A stretch of DNA of 64,000 nt from Camelus dromedarius (Eukaryota): NCBI RefSeq assembly GCF_036321535.1, contig NC_087438.1, positions 248,001-312,000 of the forward strand, written 5' to 3'. Of this stretch, positions 11,061-22,100 are shown one piece after another. Every line of letters starts with the position of its first letter. Within the stretch, counting starts at the first letter, position 1. The notes beneath the pieces are model-generated. The model saw only the letters and a list, made by a program, of their open reading frames with translations. It did no database searches and was not told the origin of the DNA. Position numbers and translations under genes: made by a program.

Positions 11061-12131
11061 GCCCCCCTGCCGCCCTCCCTATTCAGACCAAGTGTCCAGC
11101 TCCTCCTGGGAAGACCCACACCGTCAGTACCCGTCAGCCTCTTTGGAGCTCCAGGGTAAAGACTCCCGCCTGTGTTTTCGCCCTCACCCTCAGCACCAGG
11201 CCCAGGCCAGCGCAGGGGCAGGTCGTGGGATGCACCGAGCGTGAGGCCTGCCCTGCCTCATCTCAGGGAGCAGCAGACAGGAGGCACCACGTGTGTGGAA
11301 CACGTAACCAGGAGAACCCTGGACCGGAAAGACCGAATAGAGAGACACCGTTGCGTGTTTGCACACTGTAGCCAGATCCCAGCGTAACCAAGGAGAGCTG
11401 CAGGTGTGAGCCTCATGTGAGGAGAAGCCTTTCTAGGGGGCACACAGCCGTCCCCGCCCGCGGGGGCCACAGCGCCGCGCTGTGCTGCCTCCTCCCTCAG
11501 GTTCACATGCAGCCGTCTGTGCCCACTCTCCTGGGACCACCTGCACCAAACGAGTCACAGCTGGTGGGCGGCCGGGTCATGCGTTGCTGATGTAGCATCT
11601 GGCCACCAGCTCTGCAGGGTCTACATTCTGGAGAGGCCATCATGCTTGGGGCCCAGGTCCTGGCACGCCCTGGTCCCTTCTTCTGCTGGGTCGGTTGCAA
11701 CAAAACTCACCCCAGTCAGCACTTTTGTTCTCTTACAGCCATACCCCTCCTGAAAAATTGTGTGGGGGAGGAATGCAGAGGGTCAGATGTGGTCATCTCT
11801 GTAGATGTGGCCATTTCACTTTAAAATGTCATTATTAGTACTAAGTACAGGCTTATGTTTTTCTGTTGTCTATAGCTTTTGCCTATATAGCTGAAAAAAT
11901 ATTAAATATTATGTAGGAATGGGATGGAAAGGAGATAAGTGCAAATTATATTTTATATTTTTGCAGTTTCTACTGGAAGAAAAAAGTTTTCAATACCCAG
12001 ACTGACTTGTTGAATTTTTTAAAACGGATACACTATAATGTAACTTTTTGTACTATATTCTCAGTGCCTTTAGAAAGAGCTTTCAAATTTCTGATGCTAA
12101 GGTTTGTATTAAGTTTGCAATATTGATGTAA

Positions 12132-12137
12132 AATAAA
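12132..12137 (+). terminator. Probable AHRR polyadenylation signal AATAAA
   Basis: Canonical hexamer at the end of a U/A-rich stretch with TGTA elements. Confidence 0.7.
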
Positions 12138-13309
12138 TGTTAGTACACGTAAGTGGAAACATCTACTTGATTCTCCAAATGAAATCACTTTATTTCCTTC
12201 AAAGTGTGTATGGGCCAGTTAACACTCTAAGAGCATCCTTCAGCACTAGATGGGGCATTGTGGTCACAAAGGAGGCTGACAGCCCCTGGCCACGCCCTCC
12301 CAGCAGCACTTTCTCAGGCGCTCTCCCTTTCCCTCCAGCCCCACTCCTGCCCATCACTGAGGGCAGGGGACCCTCCCAGGGGTCTTCAGGACACCACAGA
12401 CCCCACTTATCCTGTGAGGAGCAGAGCCTGGCCCTATGTTGTGCGTGTTTTGGGGGGACCCTGTTGGGTCAGCCCCGCCCTGCCCAGGACCTGGTGACAG
12501 GTGCATGGGAAGGGGCAGGGGGTCATCAGAGACCCCCTCAAGGCCAAGGGAGTTGTGTTTTGTTTCCTCGGTTTGGTCAAAGAGCACTCCCAAAACTGAA
12601 TACGTTTCTAGTGCCCTGAGCTCAGACCTGCCCTGCTGCTGCAGGTGGAGCCCTGGCCTCCTTCCTGCAGCCCTGCAGGCCACCACCCTGGTCCTTACTC
12701 TGAGACTCCCTTTTCCTTCCCAGGGGAGACCAGGCCAACCTGCCCCCATCTCCTGGGTCTAACCCAGCTGTTACACATCCCGAGTGGCCCCCACCCAGCC
12801 TGCCCTCCCCTGCGCCCTCCCTGTCATCTGTGGTCTTCAGATCCATCTGTGTGGAGACCTGTAGATGGATGTCACTCATTTTTGCTCCGTCACATGACTC
12901 TACCACCACCTATCCTGTTACTGCTGATGGCTTGTTCCCCACGCATGTGCACAGTGGATGGGGACAGACAAGTGAACAAAGAACCATGCAAGTTCTGTAA
13001 GGCATCAGAAGGGGATGGATGCTGCACAAATGGATTAGCTGGGGTCTTGTAGCCCAGGTGGTGGTTTTGTGGGCGAGGCAGCCTTTGAGCCTTGACAGGA
13101 ACAGCAGACGGGGTAGGGGTGGAGATGGCCTGTGGGCTGGAGCCAGAGGGTGAGGAGAGGGTGGGGACGGGCAGGTCTGAGTGACAGGGGATCAGGGCAG
13201 GGCTTCCAGTGGAAGCAACCCTGGGCTGTGGTTCCAAGGTCGCATGGGCTACAGGGCAGGAGTGGTCCCCGGGGCCTCCCTAAGGACCATGCCAGTGCCG
13301 TGGTTCCTT

Positions 13310-13900
13310 CCTGAGTCTTGGCTGGTCCTCTACTGTCTGTCCTACACTTGTTTGCCCCTTTTTGGTTGAATTGTGGGTGTTATTTTAAAATTAAGGGAAG
13401 CAGCATTTCGTTAGTTACAGATTCTCTCTCAGTCTGTGGCTTGTGTTTTCATTTAGTGATTTCTTTAAAAAAGTACCAGTTTAAAATTTTAGCACAGCAA
13501 ACTATCTTTTTCTTTATGGTTTATGTGTTTTGCATCTTAAAATAACTGACAGCTCCTCTGACTTAAAGCCCATTTTTTCCAGTATGAATATTGCCACGCC
13601 AGCTTTTTTGAGCCTGGACTAGCCAGTGTGCAAACCCCTTCCACATCTAATCATTCTGTCCATTTATGATTAGGGTGTTTTTCTCATAAATAACTGATTG
13701 TCTTAAAATCCATTTACTTGTGTTCTGAAAATTGGTATATTTGAACATATTTCTAGCTCTTATTTTGTAGTTACACATGATCCTTGGGCGTTTCTTTTCC
13801 TACTGTCCCTATGGGATGCTTGCATTTTTCTCTGCAGATCTAATGAAGTTGAAGCCAGGGCTAATCAATATTCCTGTTCTCCCAGAATAGACAGGATCTC
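13310..13900 (-). mobile_element. Old L1 fragments (antisense), boundaries approximate
   Basis: T-rich tract with L1-like phrases (ctcagtctgtggcttgtgttttcattt; aatattgccacgccagcttt). Confidence 0.45.
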
Positions 13901-14454
13901 AGGACGCTGTAGAAACACACCACCTCCCTCCTCTCTTTACTCCCACCGAGGCTGCGGGGGCCCTTTCTAGAAATGCTCCTGACTTGCTTCTGCTGAGGGG
14001 TTTCAGTGAGAGCTTCCAGGCTGAGGAGGCACTAAACCCAAGTGAAGTGCAGGCCCCCAGCTAGGAGTTCTTGGGGGGCCTTTCCTGACCCAAGGATCCC
14101 AGTACCTGGGATAAATTGCTTTTGGGGGATCTTTGTTTTCCCTGGCCCACTCTTGAACTGAGGATGCTTCCAAATGTTCTACAGTTATAATTTCAAACAT
14201 AATTTTACCTTTTTGTTCACATCCTTCATTGCTCAGTTTGGTGCTATTTTCATAAATTACTAGGGACAGATGAGATAACACTGGGATCAGCACGCAGAGG
14301 GATTAGTAAGGAGCTGGGCCTTGGAAGGTGACCGCCGCTCAGCTGACTGGCAGGCTGTGGTGTGCGCGGAGACAGCAATGGGGGCTCCCACACCTCCACC
14401 TCCCCGCCCTGCCCTGTCTGCACGCGTGTGCTCACCCGCACGCGCTCCCAGGTG

Positions 14455-14550
14455 TGTGGCGTGGGGGTGTGTGTGTACGGGGTCTGTGTATGTTCACGTG
14501 GTGTGTGTGTCTGCGTGTCCACGTGTGTTTGTGTGTCCGCTGTGCGCGCT
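14455..14550. repeat. Degenerate (GT)n / alternating purine-pyrimidine tract
   Basis: Directly visible just upstream of the EXOC3 start. Confidence 0.8.
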
Positions 14551-14734
14551 CGCGCCCCTGCCCCTCACCGCGCCGCCGCCCGGCTCTGCGCTCCTCGGGC
14601 TCCAGCCCCCCCGCGTCAGCCCCGGGCTCCCCGCTCCCGGGCCCCCCGGGCCCGCGATCTCGCCCACGCTCAGCGGGGACCCGCAGGTGCCGGTGCCCGC
14701 AGCCCAGGCCCCGCCCTTCCGGTCGCGAGGCCGG

Positions 14735-14787
14735 AAGCGGAAGTGCCCTCGGCCGCGAATTTCCGGGCGGCGGCGGCAGCGCGCAGG
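14735..14787 (+). other. EXOC3: EXOC3 non-coding exon 1 (start approximate)
   Basis: Follows the ETS cluster and ends at donor CAGG|gtgagg. Confidence 0.7.
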
Positions 14788-15973
14788 GTGAGGGGCTTGC
14801 CGCGGTCCGGCGGGCGGGTGGGCGGTGCTCGGTGGGGGTCGCTGTCCCCGCCGGCTGTCCCTTCCCCGGGCTCCGGCGGGTGCGGGCGCGGCCCGGAGGC
14901 GGCGCGGGCGGCTGTGGGGCTCCAAGGGGAGGCTGACGACGCGCCGAGGGACGGAGGGAAGGAGCAGGTGCAGAGCTGCCTGCGCGGCGACGGGCGAGGG
15001 GGCGCGCGGCCGCAGGGGGCCGTCCGGGCGCCGCCTCTGACGGCCGTGTGTCCCGCCCTGCGCGCTGGCGGCCGTGATCAGAGAAGGGAGCGAGGGCAGA
15101 TGGCGGCCGCACCAGCCCCGTGAGCGCAGAAGGGCACTCGTGTACAGATGGGGGCCCTCTTTCTCGGGACCCTCGGGGTCTCCGACACGTGTGGAAATGG
15201 GGAGTGAGAAACGTCTCCGAGAAGCTCTGCGCAGGAAGCATGCGTGGAAGGGGACGTCTGACGGCTGAAGTCAGCCCTCCTCTGCCGGGCGCTCACCGCT
15301 CCCCTGTCGCCCTGGTGGGGGTGTCGGCGGAGCTGGCATGAAGGCAGGCTGGCTCGGTATCCGAGCACCTGTGCGCTGTATGCTGTACCTGAGCAGAGTG
15401 CCTTTTGCCCTCTCACCTGTGTTTACAATAGGAAATGGAATTTGGGGTAATGCAGACAGTGACGGTGCTGGAACTGAAGCTGGGCGTGGTGAGGTGTGAG
15501 CTGTCTCCGTGCTCCTGTGTCCTCACTGAGGCTCCCTGGCAGAGCCGCCCCGCCAGCATATTAAGTGAAGGCTCTGGAAATGAGAAAGTGGACCCATCTG
15601 GGGGAGAGAAGTGCCTTGGATACTGATATATTATATGATGAGGGGTCTGGGGTCCACATAGAGACGTCCTCCTTATGTTAATACCTATAGTTACCCTTTG
15701 TCCAGATAAAGGTAAAACTGAATTTGAACGTTTGTATTTCTCACCAAGGAGCTCATAATCCGAGTTAAGCTTTCTTTCAGGTTTATTGGATTAATGATCC
15801 CAAATGCTCTCCCTGTAGCTCCACGATGAACAGCTGATTGTTGGTGGAGGGGGTGAGTTTTGTACTTAACATTTCTACCTTCCTCATGCATCTTCCCCTC
15901 CTGTTCCCTGCCTAGTTGGCACACAGGGCACCTCTAGTATGAGAGGTGCAGGGATTCTGCCTGCTTTGCAACC

Positions 15974-16117
15974 ATGAAGGAGACGGACCGGGAGGCTGTT
16001 GCAACAGCGGTCCAGAGGGTTGCTGGGATGCTTCAGCGCCCAGACCAGCTGGACAAAGTGGAGCAGTATCGCAGAAGAGAGGCCCGGAAGAAGGCCTCTG
16101 TGGAGGCCAGACTGAAG
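15974..16117 (+). CDS. EXOC3: EXOC3 exon 2 coding part (MKETDREAV...EARLK)
   Basis: accATGa start; AAG|gtataa donor; 144 nt. Confidence 0.95.
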
Positions 16118-19100
16118 GTATAAGACCAGAGTGGCCACGGGCACCTGCTTCACTCCCAGGCGGGACAGGGCCTTTTATCTCGCCCTTCAGGTTCCTGCTT
16201 AACAGCATCATTGTGAAGATACGAAAAGAGACAGGCTTGAACGCTACCTTTACTTAGCACTTTCCTTCCAACAATGTACTGCCAATCAGTAGATTTACAG
16301 GGAAAGCGATGGGAGTATTGAGAGCACTGAAGGAACCTTTTTAAGCATGGAAGTATGCATTTCACTTTTTGAAAAGCACTAGAATAATAACAGCTTTTCA
16401 TATTTATTAAAAGCTCTTCTACCAGCGGTCTCCAGAGGGCATTTTGTTTAGATCATTCAGCACACGCAGCAGTAGGCTGACTGTGCCAGGCGCTCTGCGG
16501 GCTCCAGGGTAGGAAGGAGGAGAGCTATTCACATTTATTAGAGTGTGTGAGAGTGAGGCAAGAAAGAAAACCAGTCTTTTATGATTTCGATTGGCTTTCA
16601 ACAATTCATTTGGAGAGATGAGGTTTTATTAAAATAATGCACATCTGATATAGTTATTAAAACGTTAACATAGTAGTCTGCTATAGTGGACTGGCAACAC
16701 AACAGTCTTGAGGATTTAAGAGATTGCCTTTGAGGAAGTTAATTCTCACACGGATATGGCGATGAGGTCACTTCTCTGAAAACATCACATCATTAGCATC
16801 CAGGTAATGGCAGGTGTGATGAGACAGGAGGAGGATCCTTCATTTGTGCCAGCGAAGCAATCAAAGACCTGTTCGACTAATTTGAAACAATTTCATATCA
16901 ATTTAAAAAACAGTTTGGACTTGTTATATTTTTATTCAGAAATTTAATCTGTTTTAGAATCTTGTGGGGTTAACTAACAGTCATCAGTAGTGACTTAGAA
17001 ACCTTGTGTGGTCTGTTGTTAATTACTTTTAAACACAAATTAACGCTCCTGGGTGAAAGGTGTTCTTGGCTTTGATTGTGCTGCCTGGTCTTTCCTTGCC
17101 TGTTCTGTCCACTTGCTGCTGCTCCTTCTTGCCCTCTCCCTTCTGACTCCCTCTCCCTTCTGACTGTGCAGCTCCCCGGGTGGCATTTCCTGGGCCCTCA
17201 GTGTGAGTCTGAGTCTCACACATACCAGTTCTGTGCAGTGGGGCCGGCCATCTTGGGGCTGAGCCTGGTTCTGGCTGAATGGCTGGACACCCCTCTCCCC
17301 TCAGGTTGATGAGCAAATCCTGACAGTTTCTCCCTCTAGACAAGACCTGTTAGGAAACCGAGGGTCGCCCGGGAGATCATATTTAGAGTCCTAAGGATGC
17401 CATTTCAGGGGCAGCCACCACCTGGGGTGTCCCTACGGTGGTGTCCCACATTTTCAGGCTGAAGGCTAGATGAGGAACTGTGAGATTTTCCCAGCAAAGC
17501 TGTGAAAGCCTAGTTCTGTGCTAAGACAGCAATGAAAAAAGAAAAAGTTCCTTGTGACTCAGATCCTTATTGGACTTTACTCTCTGCTCTGGGCATTGAC
17601 TGTTCCCTGAACTGAAGCGTCTCTTCCCTGCATTTGTCCATGGCTGTCCCAGTTCCGCTTACCCCTGCCCCGCCCTTGTCTTCCCTAGGCTGCAATCCAG
17701 TCGCAGCTGGACGGGGTGCGCACAGGCCTGAGCCAGCTCCACAGCGCGCTGAGCGATGTCAAGGACATCCAGCGGTCCCTGGCCGACGTCAGCCAGGACT
17801 GGAGGCAGAGCATCAACACCATCGAGAGCCTCAAGGACGTGAAGGACGCCGTCGTGCGGCACAGCCAGCTCGCTGCGGCCGTGGAGAACCTCAAGAACAT
17901 CTTCTCAGGTAGTGGACTGGGCGGGGCCACTGTGCTCCCCACGGCTCACATGTTTACTTGCTCTGTGGGAGATACGGGGGCGGTGTGTTTGTGGACCTGC
18001 TCGGAGTGGGTGAGAGGTGTGATTTTTGCCTGCACAGTCAGGTTCTTGTTTTGAACGGGGGTGGATGGTCAGTTGAGTAGGTAAAGACCAGAAGGCGGCT
18101 CGTGGTTCTGGTTTGTTAGGACAGAGGCACCGCCATGGGTAACGGACAGGCGCCGTGTAAGCGGCCTTCCTCAGCTGCAGGGCGGCTCCCCCGGGCCCTG
18201 CTGGTGCAGGGGAATAGAGGTGCAGCACACATCTGGGAAGAGCTCGCAGTCTGTGAGAGAAGCAGCGCCGTGTCCGGGCAGAGGGAGGGTGTGCACGGGA
18301 CAGAGGCAGGAGAGAGAGGGGACATGGGGTGGGGCGTGCCCTGGAGTCTCTGTCATTATTGGAGCAGGCCTGGCGGGGTCCTCCGGCCTGGCCGAGGGGA
18401 GGGCCTAGGGGCAGGAGGGCGGGGGAGCGACCTTTGAGAATCAGCAGGAGGAGGAGTGTCCGTGGCCTGTTTGGGATCAGTGTTGGCAGGAATTCCCTTC
18501 TGGGGCTCCTTGTTGTGTTCAGCATGGCCCCCTCAGGCTCCACCCCCAGGGTCTGTCCCTCCCCTTGTTCCCTGGCCTCTGCCAGGGTCACCAGCATCCC
18601 AGTAAGAAGCCCTGGGATGGTCTAACCCTTGCCTTCCCTTATCTCTTGTCTGGTCTCGGCAGGTTCTCTCTGGCCTTCCCCAGACATGTCTGCACTTCCC
18701 CCAGCTCTGCTTGACCCTGAGTGTTCCCCTCCACTTACCACTGCACAGTGGCCTTGCTGCTGCCCCGTCACACTGTGGTAGTCTGCGTTCTGTTCCACCC
18801 CGTTCCTCTGGACCCTACGCCTGTGTCTGCCAGCAGCATCGTTGAGTGCATGGCCCCAGTCCCCTGTGCGTGCCCGTCTTCCTGTGGCTGTGTTCCGGGG
18901 CCCTTCTCAAGTCCCTCGGGAGTGACACCACTGCTGACTCCGCGGTGGGTGCTCGGGGGCAGCACCTCTCGGTGACTGTTAGCTGCCTGGACTGGGACCG
19001 TCTCCCTGCCAGAGTCTCCTTTGTGACGTCTCACAGCCTTCTTGGCCCACTTCTCTCCTCCTGTCATTCCTGTTGGCCGGCAGCACTTCCTGCAGTTTGT

Positions 19101-22100
19101 GAAACTGCACAGCACCTGTAATGTGTGCTAAGTGAGGCTGAATGAAGCGAGGTGTGCCTGAGCTTGCTCTGCCCCTTTCTTCCTTTTCTGGGGCTGCCAC
19201 GGTCTGCACTGGGTCTGCACTGGGTCTGCCAGATGGTGTCCCCTGGGTCCCTCAGGCTCCGTCCACTCTTTTTCAGTCCTTTTTTCTTTCTGTTCTTCAT
19301 ACTTGGTCATTTCTCTTGTCCTGTCTTCAAGTTTGCTGATTTTTTTCTTCTGCTTGTTCAAATCTGCCTTTGAATCCCTAAAGTAAGATTTTCACTTGAG
19401 TTGTACTTTTTTACCACCAGAAGTTTTCGGTTTCTTTTAAGATTTCTTGTCTTCTCATGGGTATTTCCATTTTGTTCATGTATCCTTTTCTTGACTTCCT
19501 CCACATTTTCCTTTTGTTCTTTGAGCATCTTTGAGTTGTTCAGAGATCTTGTTTAGTCCACGGTCTAGTCTTTCTCAGGGATGGTTTCTGTGGGTTTATT
19601 TGCCCTTTGAATCTCTGTGCTTCCTTCTGTCTCGTGCGCCTTGTGACGCTCTTGTTAAACACCAGATGTTTGGGTCCAGTATCGTGGTGACTCTGGGAAT
19701 CAGATTTTCCTCTTTCCCAGGGTATGCTGGCTTTTGATTTTTTGTTTTTGTTTTTGATTGTTGTAGGCTGTCTCTGTTGAGGAACAGGCTGAGATGTAAA
19801 CTCAAGGTTTTCTTAGGTCTTTTCTGAAGCTGTGCCTTTGCTGGTCATTTGCAGTCACTTTCTGAGCTCCCCTGTAGATGAGGCTGCTTTTGAATGTCTT
19901 GGTCTTTAACATCTGGTTTCCAAAAGGGAAAAAGAGAAAAACGAAGGGGAAAAATGGCAGCAGCCCTTTAAACCCCCTGGAAGCCACTTCAGCCAGAGGT
20001 GGGTGCGCAGCAGTGGCCCCGCCTCTGTGTCAGCACCTCTGTCACCAGAGCAGCGGTCAGCAGCCGGAGCACAGATCCCCAGCGTTTGGAGGACAGCATC
20101 CTTCTTGCCAACCTTGGCCCCCTTATTGCCAACCTTGGCCCCCTTAAGCTGTCTGCAAGCTGCTCCGGGAACACGTGGCAGGGGTGGTGGGGATGAGGGA
20201 TGGGGGGTGGGTAACTGCTACTGTGCTAAGAGCTGAAATACACCCAGATCGCCCACAATTCACTGTCCAGGCCTCCCCTGGAAGCCTCAAGGGCCCAGTA
20301 GACTCCGGAGTTCCGAGTTACTTAGATTCTGTCTGTGCAGGGGTCGTGCAGGTGAGGGCAGACTCCCGGGGCTCCCGTCCCCGCCGTCTGCCCAGAACCT
20401 GCATGGTCCCTTGTCTGGGCTTTCTCAGTGCTGTTGTGTCTCTACCCTAGTGCCTGAGATCGTGAGGGAGACGCGGGACCTCATAGAGCAAGGGGCACTC
20501 CTGCAGGCCCACCGGAAGCTGATGGACCTGGAGTGCTCCCGGGACGGGCTGCTGCACGAGCAGTACCGCATGGACAGCGGGAACACGCGCGACATGAGCC
20601 TCATCCACAGCTACTTCGGGAGCACGCAGGCGCTCTCGGACGAGCTAGCCAAGCAGCTGTGGATGGTGCTGCAGAGGTGCCTGGGCACTGTTCGCCGGGA
20701 CCCCACCCTGCTGGTCTCAGTCGTCAGAATCATCGAAAGGGAAGAGAAAATCGACAGGCGCATACTTGACCGGAAGAAGCAGACTGGCTTTGTGCCTCCA
20801 GGGCGGCCCAAGAACTGGAAGGAGAAGATGTTCACCGTCCTGGACAGAACTGTGACCACGAGGATTGAGGGCACGCAGGCGGGCACCAGGGAGTCCGACA
20901 GGATGTGGCTTGTTCGCCACCTGGAGATCATACGGAAGTACGTCCTGGACGACCTCATTGTTGCCAAGAACCTGATGGCCCAGTGCTTCCCTCCCCATTA
21001 CGAGATGTTCAGCAACCTCCTGCGCATGTACCGCCAGGCCCTGAGCACACGCATGCAGGAGCTCGCGTCGGAAGACCTGGAAGCCAACGAGATCGTGAGC
21101 CTGTTGACATGGGTCTTGAACACCTACACGAGGTAACTGCGCCCTCGCACCGTGTGCTTCTTGTCTCGTCCAGCTGTGAGACGTGCCGGGTCATCTCGCT
21201 CAAGGCGTCTGCTGGCTGATGGGTCTCTCTCCTGGCCTGTCTGCTCCCCAGGCCGAGCCCTGCCCTGCGGGCTCGCGCTTTGGTGTCGGTGGTGCCTAGG
21301 CCCTGGACTTCAGCTGTGCTGACGCCGGGTACTCACCGCGCTGACCCGCTTCCTCCTGTGGTAGCACCTGAGCGAGGGGTGGGGGGGTCACCCACTGGTC
21401 CCGTGACGCCCCATGACCTGCACAGAGTCAGCTGGCTCTGAGGAGACACCAGCTCGCTTCTCCTGGCTCTGACAGCCCTGCGTTTGCTTTTTTCCCGCCG
21501 CTGTGCTGGGAAGACCAGTGTCTTTTCTGCATTTCAGCCTTAAGGTTTTGTCGTAAAAGGGGCGTGAGCCACTTTGTGCGCGTCTCAGCTTGAGGGAGGG
21601 TCTGAAGGCCCTCCCAGTGGTGGCGGTGCTTGAGGAGGGGCCTGCAGAGAGGAGGACACAGTATCCCAGCCTGTCTTGTTGCTAGTTAGAACTTAAGTAA
21701 GCCTCTCATTCTAGCAGTAGCTTTTGGGATATTTCTGTTCGTGTTTTGTTTTTAGGTAACTATTTATAATAAAGGATATGTGCATTTTCCACAGAACATT
21801 GTAAAGAAAGGAACCGTGACCACCGTGGTGGTGCGGCTTTACCGTGTGGGGCCCGGGCCTCATTGCCTCCTGCGCTGCCCCCCGTGATATGGGGTTCCTG
21901 CACGCGGGTCCCGGTGGGCCACCCCTGAGGGGCACAGCAACCGTCCCGTGGACTTGAGGGATTTGAGGCACAGGGAGGACCACCCCCGAGGGCGTGCGGC
22001 TGGGGCTGGGGAGCAGGTTGGATTCTGGGCTCCGGGCGTGCCTGTGCTCTGGCCCAGCCGCTGGGTGAGTGCTGTGCGCCCGCGCGGTTCACGCGGCGCG

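Larger units (their letters stand above)
9235..12160 (+). other. AHRR: AHRR 3'UTR (about 2.9 kb, end approximate)
   Basis: Runs from the stop codon to an AU-rich block (11820-12140) ending in AATAAA. Confidence 0.65.
14400..15330. promoter_or_regulatory. EXOC3 CpG-island promoter
   Basis: Dense CpG; GC box at 14709-14716, CTTCCGG at 14716-14722, TCGCGA at 14723-14728, tandem ETS sites CCGGAAGCGGAAGTG at 14731-14745; no TATA box. Confidence 0.9.

Noticed and set aside
14321..15241. Several long overlapping ORFs (up to 269 aa) at the EXOC3 promoter
   Set aside because: Low-complexity Arg/Pro/Gly/Ala translations open in most frames, as expected in a CpG island; no domain signature.
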